Positions 27,333 through 36,510 of a stretch of DNA of 49,402 nucleotides are shown here, piece after piece. This DNA is from Armatimonadota bacterium (lineage in GTDB: Bacteria > Armatimonadota > UBA10988). The stretch lies in contig JACRKZ010000087.1 of the NCBI GenBank assembly GCA_016235455.1, positions 1 through 49,402 on the forward strand. Direction: 5' to 3'. How positions within the stretch are numbered: position 1 is the first letter of the stretch; every line of letters starts with the position of its first letter. Under the pieces are notes generated by a model, which saw nothing but the letters and a program-made list of their open reading frames with translations, had not been told where the DNA came from and made no database searches. The translations under genes and the position numbers were made by a program.

Positions 27333-27977
27333 ATGCCCCGTGTGCTGATCCTGGCCAACGGCGAGCCGCCGGCGGCGGAGCTGCTGAGAAGGCGCGCCGG
27401 CGAGGCGGCCGGGCTGGTCTGCACCGATGGGGCCGCCGCCGCGGCGCTCGACGCCGGCCTGACGCCCGACCTCGTGGTTGGTGATCTGGACTCGCTGGAC
27501 GACGCCACGCGCGCGCGCCTCGGCGGAGTCGAGGTGCGCGGGCTGGTCGAGCAGGAGACCACCGACCTCGAAAAGGCCATCTACACGCTACTCGCGCGCG
27601 GTGTCGACGAAGTGCTGGTGCTCGGCGCGGGCGGCCGGCGGTGGGATCAGTTCCACGCCAACCTGAGCCTCTTCGCGCGCTACGCCCATCGGCTGACCAT
27701 CCGCGCCGAGGATGACTGGGGTCGACTGACGATGGCCACGCCCGGAGCCACCACGGCCATTGGTGAGCCGCTGGGCGCGGTGGTCTCGTTGCTGCCGCTG
27801 CCTTCGGCCGAGGCCGTCAGCACCGCGGGCCTGCGCTGGCCGCTGGTCAATGCGCGCCTGGCGTTGGGCGGCCGACTGGGCGTCAGCAACGAGGTCATCG
27901 ACGAGCGGGCGTCGGTGACGTTCGGTTCGGGCGGCCTGGCCATCTACGTGGTCAACACGCGCCATCGCCCCGCATGA
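27333..27977 (+). CDS. thiN: Thiamine diphosphokinase
   Basis: LILANG, CTDGAA, PDLVVGDLDS, QETTDLEKA, GAGGRRWDQ, GLRWPL, GVSNE. Confidence 0.9.
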   Translation: MPRVLILANGEPPAAELLRRRAGEAAGLVCTDGAAAAALDAGLTPDLVVGDLDSLDDATRARLGGVEVRGLVEQETTDLEKAIYTLLARGVDEVLVLGAGGRRWDQFHANLSLFARYAHRLTIRAEDDWGRLTMATPGATTAIGEPLGAVVSLLPLPSAEAVSTAGLRWPLVNARLALGGRLGVSNEVIDERASVTFGSGGLAIYVVNTRHRPA

Positions 27978-28641
27978 CCGCCGGCAGCGTGTGCGCCAGG
28001 ATGGCCGCGTCCAGCGCCGGTGAGGCCAGGTCCACGTATTCGCAATCCAGGTTGAGCCAGCGGTCGTAGTCGACATGCATGGCACGGCCCTGCACCTGCC
28101 ACCACCCGGTCATGCCCGGCGGCACCTCACAGCGGCGCTGGAAGCGGTCGTCGCCGGTGTCCACCTGGTCCGGCGGCAGTGGCCGCGGGCCGACCAGGCT
28201 CATCTGACCCACCACCACGTTGGCCAGTTGCGGCAACTCATCGAGGCTGTAGCGCCGCAGCCAGTGGCCGACGCGGGTGATGCGCGGGTCGTTGTGCATC
28301 TTGAACACCGGCCCGCTGAGCTTGCTCGACACTTGCAGCGCGGCCAGCCGCTGTTCGGCATCGGGCACCATGGTGCGCAACTTGAGCATCGGGAAGCGCC
28401 GGCCGCGGTAGCCCACGCGCGACTGGGCGAAGAACGGGTTGCCCGGCGAATCGCAGTAGACGGCCAGCGCGAGCACCACCAGCAACGGCAGCACCAACAG
28501 CAGCAGGCCCGCCGCCAACGAGGCGTCGAGCAACCGACGGACGGTGCTGCTGGACCAGGCATTGCCCACGAGCGGCTCCCTGCACCCATGGACGCTGGCC
28601 AGCGCGGCGGCGTTCCCCAGCGCGATGGCCGCGCCGCTCAA
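27952..28641 (-). CDS. Bacterial sugar transferase (undecaprenyl-phosphate phosphoglycosyltransferase, small form)
   Basis: RLLD..KLRTM..DPRITRVG.WLRRYSLDELPQL.NV..GQMSLVGPRP..PGMTGWWQV.GR. Start codon uncertain. Confidence 0.9.
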   Translation of the reverse strand: MSGAAIALGNAAALASVHGCREPLVGNAWSSSTVRRLLDASLAAGLLLLVLPLLVVLALAVYCDSPGNPFFAQSRVGYRGRRFPMLKLRTMVPDAEQRLAALQVSSKLSGPVFKMHNDPRITRVGHWLRRYSLDELPQLANVVVGQMSLVGPRPLPPDQVDTGDDRFQRRCEVPPGMTGWWQVQGRAMHVDYDRWLNLDCEYVDLASPALDAAILAHTLPAVMRGDGAC

Positions 28642-28644
28642 GCA

Positions 28645-28680
28645 GACGGCGGCGCCGCCCGAGTGGGTGGCGCCGCCGTC
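28645..28680. terminator. GC-rich hairpin downstream of the VIT-vWA gene
   Basis: GACGGCGGCGCCGCCC-gagt-GGGTGGCGCCGCCGTC, a 16-bp stem with one non-Watson-Crick pair. Confidence 0.5.
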
Positions 28681-28703
28681 CTGCCGGGGGTAGGGGGCGA
28701 GCG

Positions 28704-31076
28704 TTACAGCTTGAGCTGCGCGCGCTGCGTGTCGTTCAGCTTGGTGTCGCCGGCATCGTCGATGACCAGCAGCACCTGGCCAATCTGGACCTTGAGCTTG
28801 TCGCCCACGGCCAGGACGTCCTTGAGGTCGGCGCGCAGCCTGACCAGTTCAAAGAAGGCCTCGCTGCCCCATTGCAGGTGAAGCTTGGTCAGCTTGGACT
28901 CGTCGGCCGGATAGGTCGAGTCGGTCCAGTAGTCGGCCAACTGGTAGAACGTGCGCGCACCCACCTGCTGCTGCATCGCGTTGCCGCGACCGGCCTGGTT
29001 GGCCTCTTGCAGGCGCTGGTCATGCACGGTGCGGTCCACCGCCTCCTTGCCGACCTGGCTGCCCAGGGTGGTCGGTCGCGGCGGCCCCGCGAACCCATCG
29101 GTGCGGCCGCCCATGCCTCCCATGCCTCCACCGAAGCCGCCGCCGCCGGGCATCATGCCGGGCATCATCGGCCCGCCGGGGGCCCGCATCGCCGCGCTCG
29201 CCGCGGTGTCGGCCTTCATCCCGGGCTCAAGCACCAGGAACGAGGTGTAGGGGGTCATGATGCCGTAGCGCGTGGCCAGGCGCACGATCTCGTCCACGAC
29301 CTCCTTGGATTGGCCGTTGAGGCGAATCTGTTCCAGCAGGTAGCCCACCTTGCGGGTGGCCCAGAGCCGCGGTACGAAGCTGTTGGCGCGTTCGCGCGCG
29401 GGGAAGTCGACGTTGTAGGCGAACGACTGGTCGCCGCTGGTGCTCGTGCCCCGGAGGGTCACTTTGGCCGCGCCCGTGCCGCGATAGCGGCCGAGCAGCG
29501 TGAGTTGCGACCCGCGGAACAGGTCGCCGATGCGCACGGGCTGCAGGTCTTCGACCTTGACGCCGTCCACCTCGAGCTTCAGGTCGCTGAGCACGGGGCA
29601 GGCGACCTTGTTGTAGAAGCTGCTGACCGGCACCTCGATGTTCTCGCTCGGCCGCACATAGCAGCGAGTGCCGTGGTTGTCGGTGCTCAGTCGGTCCAGC
29701 AACTCGGTGTTGACGTCGTCGCCCACGCCAAACACGAACAGGCGCGCGTCGGCGCCGTTGCGCTTGCCGGCGGTCTCGAGGATGCGCTCGATGCGCGTCT
29801 CACCCACCGTCGGCTGGCCGTCGGTGAGGAACACGACCATGGCCGGCCGGGCCTTGTCCTTGGCGGCAGGCAGCTTGGTCAAGCCGCTGTCCAACGCCTC
29901 GGCGATGTTGGTGCCGCTGCGCGCCGCCAGCTTGTCCACGAACTCGACGGCCTTGTCGATGTTGGCCTTGTCCGCCTTGAGCAGCCCATTCTCAAACGAG
30001 TCGACCGCGGTGCTGAACGCCAGCACGTTGAACCGGTCGTTCTCCTTGAGGTTGCGCAGGCAGTAGCGCAGCGCGGCCTTGGCCTGGTCCATCTTGGCGC
30101 CGGACATGCTGCCCGAGGTGTCCAGGATGAAGACGATGTCCTTGGCCGCGATCTCCTGCTCGCGGATGTCGGTCTTGGGCGCGATGAGCATCATGAACGT
30201 GCCCAGCTCATCGTCCGGGCTGCGGAAGGGCAACATGCTCAGGCCGAAGTTGGCGTCGGAGAGCTGGTAGTACAGCACGAAGTCATCGAGCGGCATCTCC
30301 TTGGTGGACTCGTAGCCGGCCCTGGCCACGTGGTCGCCGTCGCGATGCAGGTCGAGCTCGTGGGTCGGCGAGTAGACCGACTTGATGCCCACCTTGCTCT
30401 CGATGCGCACCGAAATGACCAGCGAGCTGATGGCGTTGGGCGGGTCATCGTCACCGCTGATCGGCCGGACCGCGCCGTCACGCACCATGGGCATGGGCAC
30501 CGGCCAGGGCGCCGGGTTCTGCTGCCAGGCGCGAGTCTTCAGCGGGAAGACCAGGCGCGCCAGACCGTCCTCGGCGGTCAGGCTGTGGGTGTACTCCAGC
30601 TTGACGCGCTTGGTCTCGCCTGGCTCGATGGGGAAGATGCGCGCCTTGAACGTGGCGCGGTCCAGGTACTCGAGCAGGCCGGGGTCGCGCTGGCGGCGGA
30701 CGATCTCTTCATAGACCGACCGCGCCTTGCCCGCGTCGAGCAGTTCCGCGCCGACCATTTCGCCGTTGACCGTCATGGCGAAGTCGGTGACCGACGCGCC
30801 CTCGGGCAGCGGGAAGAGGAACGTGCCTTCGATGCGGCTGGGATACTGGTTGCGGAACGACTGCTCCAGGGTCACCGTGGAGGCGAAGTCGCGGACCTCG
30901 ATGTTGACCTTCTCGCTGACCACCTTGAGCGGCCAGGTCCGCGGCGGGACGGGCGGCGGCATGATATCGGGATGTGGCGGCATGATGCGGTCGACGATGA
31001 TCACGCCCTGGCCGAAGCTGGGCGCCACGGTCAACAGCGCCACCAAGACGCCTAACAAACGGGTTCGGAGGTCCAT
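28704..31076 (-). CDS. Secreted VIT + vWA domain protein (inter-alpha-trypsin inhibitor heavy chain-like)
   Basis: Signal peptide; VIT motif F.FPLPEGA.V..F..A...Y..RDPGLLE; vWA MIDAS DTSGSM..GTNI..FLTDG; VPRLWA..TPYTSFL. Confidence 0.92.
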   Translation of the reverse strand: MDLRTRLLGVLVALLTVAPSFGQGVIIVDRIMPPHPDIMPPPVPPRTWPLKVVSEKVNIEVRDFASTVTLEQSFRNQYPSRIEGTFLFPLPEGASVTDFAMTVNGEMVGAELLDAGKARSVYEEIVRRQRDPGLLEYLDRATFKARIFPIEPGETKRVKLEYTHSLTAEDGLARLVFPLKTRAWQQNPAPWPVPMPMVRDGAVRPISGDDDPPNAISSLVISVRIESKVGIKSVYSPTHELDLHRDGDHVARAGYESTKEMPLDDFVLYYQLSDANFGLSMLPFRSPDDELGTFMMLIAPKTDIREQEIAAKDIVFILDTSGSMSGAKMDQAKAALRYCLRNLKENDRFNVLAFSTAVDSFENGLLKADKANIDKAVEFVDKLAARSGTNIAEALDSGLTKLPAAKDKARPAMVVFLTDGQPTVGETRIERILETAGKRNGADARLFVFGVGDDVNTELLDRLSTDNHGTRCYVRPSENIEVPVSSFYNKVACPVLSDLKLEVDGVKVEDLQPVRIGDLFRGSQLTLLGRYRGTGAAKVTLRGTSTSGDQSFAYNVDFPARERANSFVPRLWATRKVGYLLEQIRLNGQSKEVVDEIVRLATRYGIMTPYTSFLVLEPGMKADTAASAAMRAPGGPMMPGMMPGGGGFGGGMGGMGGRTDGFAGPPRPTTLGSQVGKEAVDRTVHDQRLQEANQAGRGNAMQQQVGARTFYQLADYWTDSTYPADESKLTKLHLQWGSEAFFELVRLRADLKDVLAVGDKLKVQIGQVLLVIDDAGDTKLNDTQRAQLKL

Positions 31077-31094
31077 TGCCTGCTCTCCTGCGCT

Positions 31095-31123
31095 TTGACA
31101 CCCCACCGCGCCTATGCTACGAT
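31095..31123 (+). promoter_or_regulatory. sigma70 promoter of the UPF0182 gene
   Basis: TTGACA, 17 bp, TACGAT with an extended TG. Confidence 0.75.
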
Positions 31124-31188
31124 TCGGGCGACATCGGACTCTACCCTGCCACTCCGGTGTCTGTTTATCCCCGCGCTGGAGTGCTGTC

Positions 31189-34100
31189 TTGGCCGTTGGC
31201 CGCCGCTGGCTCTATCTGTTCATCGGCCTCGTCGTGTTTGGCTTGGCCTTCGTCGGGTGGGCTGAGTTCTATACCGACTGGCTGTGGTACTGCTCGGATG
31301 CCTATCCCGTCGTCTTCTGGCGCCGCCTGGGCACCCAGGCCGTCTTGCTGGTCGTCGCCGCGCCGCTGTTGTACGCGCTGCTGGCGCTCAACCTGCGCTA
31401 CGCCGCGCGCGACCGCGCCGTCACCGCGGCGCTCGACGACGAGCAGGAAGAGTTGCACCGCTGGCTGGACAGCATGGTGTCGCCGGCGGTGCGCTGGCTG
31501 CCACCGTCAGTGGCGTTGGTCGGTGGCCTGGCCGCCACGCAAGGCTGGCAGACCTGGCTCATGGCCCTGCTGGGTGAGCCATTCGGCGTCAAGGATCCGC
31601 GCTACGGGCTGGATGTAGGGTTCTACGTCTACCGCCTGGGCGCCATGCAGTCGTTGCTGGGCCTGTTCAACACGCTGCTGCTGGCGTTGGCGGCGGTGAT
31701 CGCCATGATCTACGCCGGCCGTCGCCACATCTGCTTCGGCGGCGGCGAAGTGACCTTCTCGCGACGCGCACGCGGGCATCTGCTCGTGCTAGGCGCAACG
31801 CTCATGGTGGTGCGCGCGAGTCTGCTGTGGGTGCGGCGCTACCAGTTGCTGGTCAGCGGGGTGGGGTTGTTCCCTGGCGCCGGCTGGGCCGATGTGCATG
31901 TGCGGCAGCCCGCGCTGGTGCTCAGCGCGCTGCTGGCCATCGCCGCCGCGCTCACCTGCCTATGGGTGCGGCGGCCCGGCCGCACGGCCAAGATAGCCTG
32001 GTGGGCCATCGGCGTGCACCTTGCCGTCCATGCCGTCGGCGCCGGTATCGTGCCCAGCGTGGCGCAGCGCCTGCTGGTGCGGCCCAACGAGATCGAGCGC
32101 GAGACGCCCTACATGCGCCAAGCGGTTGACTTCACGCGCCGCGCGTTCGGGCTGGACCGGGTCAAGGTCGAGGATGCCAAGGCCAGCGGCAGTCCGTCGC
32201 GCTCAGAGCTCGCGGCCCAGTCGGGCACGCTGAGCAATGTGCGCGTCTGGGACCATCGGCCGCTGCTGCGTACCTTCAAGCAGTTGCAGGAGATCCGCCA
32301 GTACTACGACATCGTCGACGTCGACAGCGACCGCTACACCATCGACGGCCGTGCGCGGCAGGTGCTGGTGGCCGCGCGTGAGATGAACCAGTCGCAACTC
32401 GACGACAAGGCGCGCTCCTGGCTCAATCAACATCTCGAATACACCCACGGCTACGGCTTGGTGGCGGCGCTGGCCGGTGGCTCGCGGGGCGATGGGCAGC
32501 CCGAGCTGGTCAGCCGCGATCTGCCGCCGCGTGGCGTGCCGGCGCTGGCGCTCAGTGAACCGCGTATCTACTTTGGCGAAGTCATCCTGATGCCCGCGGA
32601 GAACAACGACGACCCGCGCGCCATGCTGCCCGGCGCCCAGACGCCGCCCAAGGCTCAGGCCGACGAACGCGCCGAGCGCTGGCGACGCCGGCTCAATGAC
32701 TCCACCGAGCCCGACAGTAGCGACTACCTGCTGGTGGGCACCAGCCGCGACGAGTTCGACTATCCCGAGACCGTCGATGGCCGCGAGGTGCAGCGCCGCA
32801 CCAAGTACGCGGGCAAGGCCGGCGTGCCGCTCGGCGGGTTCATGCGGCGGCTGCTGTTCGGCGTGCGGCTGCACAGCCCCGAACTCGTGCTGACCAGCTT
32901 CGCCGGCCCGCGCAGCAAGGTGCTGCTGCACCGACAGATCACGCGGCGCTGCAAGAAGGTGGCGCCGTTCCTGGTGTGGGACACCGCGCCGTACCCGGTG
33001 GTCGTGGACGGCCGGGTGCAGTGGATCTGTGAAGGCTACACCATGAGCCAGAGCTACCCCTACAGCCAGATCCACTACGAGCAGGTGGCCACGCCGCGCG
33101 GCTGGCGCTGGACGCCCACCTGGAACTACCTGCGCAATCCGGTCAAGGCCGTGGTGGACGCCTACGACGGCACGGTCAAGCTGTACGTGGTGGATGCCGA
33201 GGACCCGCTCTGCCGCACCTATCAGCGGCTCTATCCGGGCATGCTGAAGCCCGCGAGCGAGGCGCCGGCCGCGGTGCGTGAGCACTTCCGCTACCCGCAG
33301 ATGCTGTTTCGCACACAGATCGACATGTTCGGTCGCTACCACATGACCGAGCCGGGCCAGTTCTATGCCAGCGAAGACCTGTGGGCGCCCGCGCGCGAGT
33401 TCGACCGCGAACTGGCCGCCCAGCGCCCGCAGAAGCAGCTGCGCAGCACGCCCGATCTGTATCAGCCCATGGCGCCGTACTACATCATGATGGGCTTGCC
33501 CGGCGAGACGCGCGAGCAGTTCATGCTGCTGTCGGCCTACACGCCGTTCAGCCAGCGCGACAAGAGCCCGCGCGACAACATGATCGCCTACATGGTCGGC
33601 CTGTGCGACGGCCCGCGCTATGGCGAGTTGCGTGTCTACCGCATGCCCAAGGATCGCACGGTCTACGGCCCGCTGCAGATCGAGGCGCTGATCGACCAGG
33701 ACGAAACCATCAGCCAGTTGCTGACTCTGTGGGACAAGGGCGGCAGCCGAGTCATCCGCGGCCATCTGCTGACCGTGCCCGTGGCCAACACGCTCCTCTA
33801 TGTGCAGCCGCTCTACTTGGAGGCCGAGCAGAAGGGCCTGCCCGAGCTCAAGCGGGTGGTGGTCGTGCACGAGCAGCGCGTCGTGCTGGCCAACAGCTTC
33901 GCCGAGGCGCTGGATGAGCTGTTCGGCGCGGGTTTGCTGGCCAAGCCAGAGCCCACGACGGCGCCCGCCAACCAGCCGGATACGCCGGCGCAGGCGGGCA
34001 CCACGAGCAATGCCGTGGTCGGCGCTGCGCCGCTGGTCGGCGCGTCGCCGCTGGTCGGCGCGTCGCCGCTGGTCGGCGCGTCGCCGCTGGTCGGCGCAGC

Positions 34101-34221
34101 GCAGCGTGAATACGATGCCTGGGACGACGCCGTGCGCGCGGGTGACTGGGCCTCGGCGCAGCGGCATCGCGACGAGTTGGGCCGGCTTCTCCGGCAGATG
34201 GGTCAAAGCCCCGGCCGCTAA
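31189..34221 (+). CDS. UPF0182 family membrane protein
   Basis: FYTDWLWY, FGVKDP.YGLDVGFY, PNE..RE.PY, NVRVWD..QLQEIR.YY..D.DRY, YTHGYG, NYLRNPVK.VVDAYDG, LYVQPLYL..PELKRV. TTG start with GGAG RBS. Confidence 0.93.
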   Translation: MAVGRRWLYLFIGLVVFGLAFVGWAEFYTDWLWYCSDAYPVVFWRRLGTQAVLLVVAAPLLYALLALNLRYAARDRAVTAALDDEQEELHRWLDSMVSPAVRWLPPSVALVGGLAATQGWQTWLMALLGEPFGVKDPRYGLDVGFYVYRLGAMQSLLGLFNTLLLALAAVIAMIYAGRRHICFGGGEVTFSRRARGHLLVLGATLMVVRASLLWVRRYQLLVSGVGLFPGAGWADVHVRQPALVLSALLAIAAALTCLWVRRPGRTAKIAWWAIGVHLAVHAVGAGIVPSVAQRLLVRPNEIERETPYMRQAVDFTRRAFGLDRVKVEDAKASGSPSRSELAAQSGTLSNVRVWDHRPLLRTFKQLQEIRQYYDIVDVDSDRYTIDGRARQVLVAAREMNQSQLDDKARSWLNQHLEYTHGYGLVAALAGGSRGDGQPELVSRDLPPRGVPALALSEPRIYFGEVILMPAENNDDPRAMLPGAQTPPKAQADERAERWRRRLNDSTEPDSSDYLLVGTSRDEFDYPETVDGREVQRRTKYAGKAGVPLGGFMRRLLFGVRLHSPELVLTSFAGPRSKVLLHRQITRRCKKVAPFLVWDTAPYPVVVDGRVQWICEGYTMSQSYPYSQIHYEQVATPRGWRWTPTWNYLRNPVKAVVDAYDGTVKLYVVDAEDPLCRTYQRLYPGMLKPASEAPAAVREHFRYPQMLFRTQIDMFGRYHMTEPGQFYASEDLWAPAREFDRELAAQRPQKQLRSTPDLYQPMAPYYIMMGLPGETREQFMLLSAYTPFSQRDKSPRDNMIAYMVGLCDGPRYGELRVYRMPKDRTVYGPLQIEALIDQDETISQLLTLWDKGGSRVIRGHLLTVPVANTLLYVQPLYLEAEQKGLPELKRVVVVHEQRVVLANSFAEALDELFGAGLLAKPEPTTAPANQPDTPAQAGTTSNAVVGAAPLVGASPLVGASPLVGASPLVGAAQREYDAWDDAVRAGDWASAQRHRDELGRLLRQMGQSPGR
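34018..34097 (+). repeat. In-frame 18-bp tandem repeat (about 4.5 copies, VGASPL) in the UPF0182 C-terminal linker
   Basis: GTCGGCGCGTCGCCGCTG x3 exact, plus one variant copy and a partial copy. Confidence 0.9.
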
Positions 34222-34282
34222 GCCGAGGCCTGCGGACGCCAGCCGCCGGAGCTAGCCGACGCAGCCCCGCTTGCGCAGGCGC

Positions 34283-34528
34283 CTACTTGGCGTGGCGCTT
34301 CATGAAGTACTGCAGATTGCCTTGGCGGTCGCCGCCGTACCAGATCGCGTACGCTTCCCAGCCGGCCTTCCCGTCGCTGTCGAGTGTCTGGACTCCAGCG
34401 TACTTGTACTCCCATTTGACATCGGCCTGGGCGCTAACCGGGGTCGGCTTGGCCAACTCGATCCCTGCCGCGCAGAGGAAAGCGAATAAGCATCCAAGGC
34501 AGAACGCCGCGAGGGTACGAAACTGCAT
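34283..34528 (-). CDS. Small secreted DUF4177-like protein
   Basis: Signal peptide (VSA|Q), then WEYKY....LDSDGKAGWEAY....YFMKR, matching the WEYK..G..GWE..FKR pattern. GGAAGGA RBS. Confidence 0.75.
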   Translation of the reverse strand: MQFRTLAAFCLGCLFAFLCAAGIELAKPTPVSAQADVKWEYKYAGVQTLDSDGKAGWEAYAIWYGGDRQGNLQYFMKRHAK

Positions 34529-34593
34529 CAGGTTGGTCCTTCCATCACTCCGGTGCGGCCCAGGCTCACCCGCCTTTGGTCGTCACCAAGGCC

Positions 34594-34622
34594 AACATAT
34601 CCGCTGCGCGTACGCGTGTCAA
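34594..34622 (-). promoter_or_regulatory. sigma70 promoter of the DUF4177-like gene
   Basis: Minus strand TTGACA, 17 bp, TATGTT. Immediately preceded by the inverted repeat TTGC-N4-GCAA (34624-34635). Confidence 0.7.
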
Positions 34623-34753
34623 ATTGCCTTTGCAACCCACAAAGTAGACTTCATCTATAGGCCACTATTAGACGTGAATGTAGTATGAAGAAACCTCGGC
34701 GCCGGCGCGGGCGGTCCGGGCGGCGCCCGACAGTTGACACTGCCTCACCGCGC

Positions 34754-35506
34754 CTATGTCGACGAGGGTGGGCCGGCCGCCTGCGCCACGGCGATGGCTT
34801 CGACCAGGTCGACCGTGCCCTCATACAGCGCGCGCCCGATGATCAGCCCTTCGACGCCCAACGACGCCAGCTCCGCGATGGCTCGCACATCCTCGATGCG
34901 GGTGATGCCGCCCGAGGCGATGAGCGGGATGTCGAGCGCCGTGGCCATCTCACGTTGCGCGGCCAGGTTCGGGCCCTGCAGCGTGCCGTCCGAGTGTACG
35001 TCGGTGAAGACGATGCGCTGCGCGCCGGCTGCCTGCATGGTCAGCGCGAAGTCCACCGCGCCCAGGTTCGTTTCCTCAGCCCAGCCCTGGACGGCCACGC
35101 GGCCGTCGCGAGCGCCGATGTCGATGACCAACTGCTCGCCGAACCGCACCAGCGCGGCCTCGGTGAAGGCGCGGTCGCGCACCGCCGAGGTGCCCAGAAT
35201 AACCCGCGCCACGCCCGCGTGCAGGTAGGTCTCGATAGTGAACAGGTCGCGCACACCACCACCGATCTGCACCGGCAGGCCGGAGGCCGCCACGATGGCA
35301 CGCACCGCCTCGAGGTTGCGCGGCTGACCGGCGAACGAGCCGTCCAGGTCGACCACATGCACATACTCGGCGCCCGCTTCCGCCCACTTCCGGGCAAACT
35401 CGGCCGGGTTATCGCTGTACACGGTCTTGGCACTCATCTCGCCGCGGTGCAGTCGCACCACCTGGCCCTCAGACAGGTCAATCGCCGGGTAGATTCGCAC
35501 GCTCAC
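34754..35506 (-). CDS. hisA: ProFAR isomerase HisA
   Basis: IYPAIDL..GQVVRL..G, HVVDLDG, QIGGGVR, RVILGT, TDVHSDGTLQGPN, IASGG, IIGRALY. Confidence 0.95.
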   Translation of the reverse strand: MSVRIYPAIDLSEGQVVRLHRGEMSAKTVYSDNPAEFARKWAEAGAEYVHVVDLDGSFAGQPRNLEAVRAIVAASGLPVQIGGGVRDLFTIETYLHAGVARVILGTSAVRDRAFTEAALVRFGEQLVIDIGARDGRVAVQGWAEETNLGAVDFALTMQAAGAQRIVFTDVHSDGTLQGPNLAAQREMATALDIPLIASGGITRIEDVRAIAELASLGVEGLIIGRALYEGTVDLVEAIAVAQAAGPPSST

Positions 35507-35557
35507 GGGCTCCGCTTCGTGCGCGTACTATAAACTGACAAGCGCAAACAACCAAGC

Positions 35558-35645
35558 AGCACGAAACGGTGTCAGGACCCGTTTTCAGCATCGTGGAAAA
35601 CGGGTCCTGACACCGTTTCGGGTGGCCTGACACCGTTTCGGGTGG
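35558..35645. repeat. REP/REPIN-like element, copy 2, with a tandem 20-bp duplication
   Basis: 25-bp perfect arms CGAAACGGTGTCAGGACCCGTTTTC / GAAAACGGGTCCTGACACCGTTTCG around a 9-nt loop (35562-35620). CCTGACACCGTTTCGGGTGG x2 (35606-35645). Shares AGCACGAAACGGTGTCAGG with copy 1. Confidence 0.9.
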
Positions 35646-35664
35646 CGACGGCGTGGAGGTGGGT

Positions 35665-36510
35665 GTGGCGGACCGCAAGATCGTGTTGGTGACCGGGGCC
35701 ACGGGCAAGATCGGCCGAGTGATGGTCCCGCTACTGGCGGCAACAGAGCGCTATGAACTGCGCAGTGGCCATCGGCGGGAGGATCCGGCCGAGGTGGCGC
35801 ACCTGCCCAATCCGGTCTACTGCCGGCTGGACCAGCCGGCCAGCCTGGCCGCCGCCTGCGTCGGCGTCGACACCATCGTGCACCTCGCCGCCGATTCGTG
35901 GATGCCCGACAACTTCGCCGACACGGTGCCCAACAACCTGCTCGGCCCGCACTATCTGTGCGAGGCGGCCCTGGCCGCCGGTGTGCGGCGCATCGTCTTC
36001 GCCAGCACCAACCATACCATCCTCAACTGGATCACCCACAGCCACCAGAGCGCGCCCGAGGACATCGAGCCGCGGCCGGACAACCTGTATGGCGTGACCA
36101 AAGTCTACGGCGAGGCCATGGGCCGCTACTATGTCGAGTGCCGCGGGCTGCCCAGCTTCTTCAGCCTGCGCATCGGGTGGTACCAGCGCGCCGACAGCCC
36201 CGGCTTGCGCCGTAACTGGCACGGCCTGCACATGTGGCTCAGCGACCGCGACGGCAGTCAGTTGCTGGCGCGTTGCATCGACTCGGATCTGCTCGGCTAC
36301 CACTGCTTCAACGCAGTCAGCGGCAACACGCGCACGCTCATGCCCATCGACCGCGCCCGGGATCTGTTGGGCTATGCGCCCGAGGATGACGCGGAGCGGT
36401 TCGCCGCGGAGTTCACCGGCCCCATGCCCGAGTGGTTCGCCGCTCTGGGCGAGGAACGGAGAGGAGCGCGCCAGCGTCTCGCGAATGGATTCGGTGGAGC
36501 AAACGAGTGA
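35665..36510 (+). CDS. NAD-dependent epimerase/dehydratase (uronate dehydrogenase-like SDR)
   Basis: VLVTGATGKIG, VHLAA, FASTNH, YGVTK (YxxxK), LRIG and WLSDRD motifs. GGAGG RBS before GTG 35665. Confidence 0.88.
   Translation: MADRKIVLVTGATGKIGRVMVPLLAATERYELRSGHRREDPAEVAHLPNPVYCRLDQPASLAAACVGVDTIVHLAADSWMPDNFADTVPNNLLGPHYLCEAALAAGVRRIVFASTNHTILNWITHSHQSAPEDIEPRPDNLYGVTKVYGEAMGRYYVECRGLPSFFSLRIGWYQRADSPGLRRNWHGLHMWLSDRDGSQLLARCIDSDLLGYHCFNAVSGNTRTLMPIDRARDLLGYAPEDDAERFAAEFTGPMPEWFAALGEERRGARQRLANGFGGANE

Noticed and set aside
27952-27977. 26-bp convergent overlap of thiN and the sugar transferase
   Set aside because: Short tail-to-tail overlaps are common in compact high-GC genomes.
31130-31170. 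sigma28-like TCCGATGT on the minus strand upstream of the VIT-vWA gene
   Set aside because: The nearest TAAA is about 25 bp away rather than 15.
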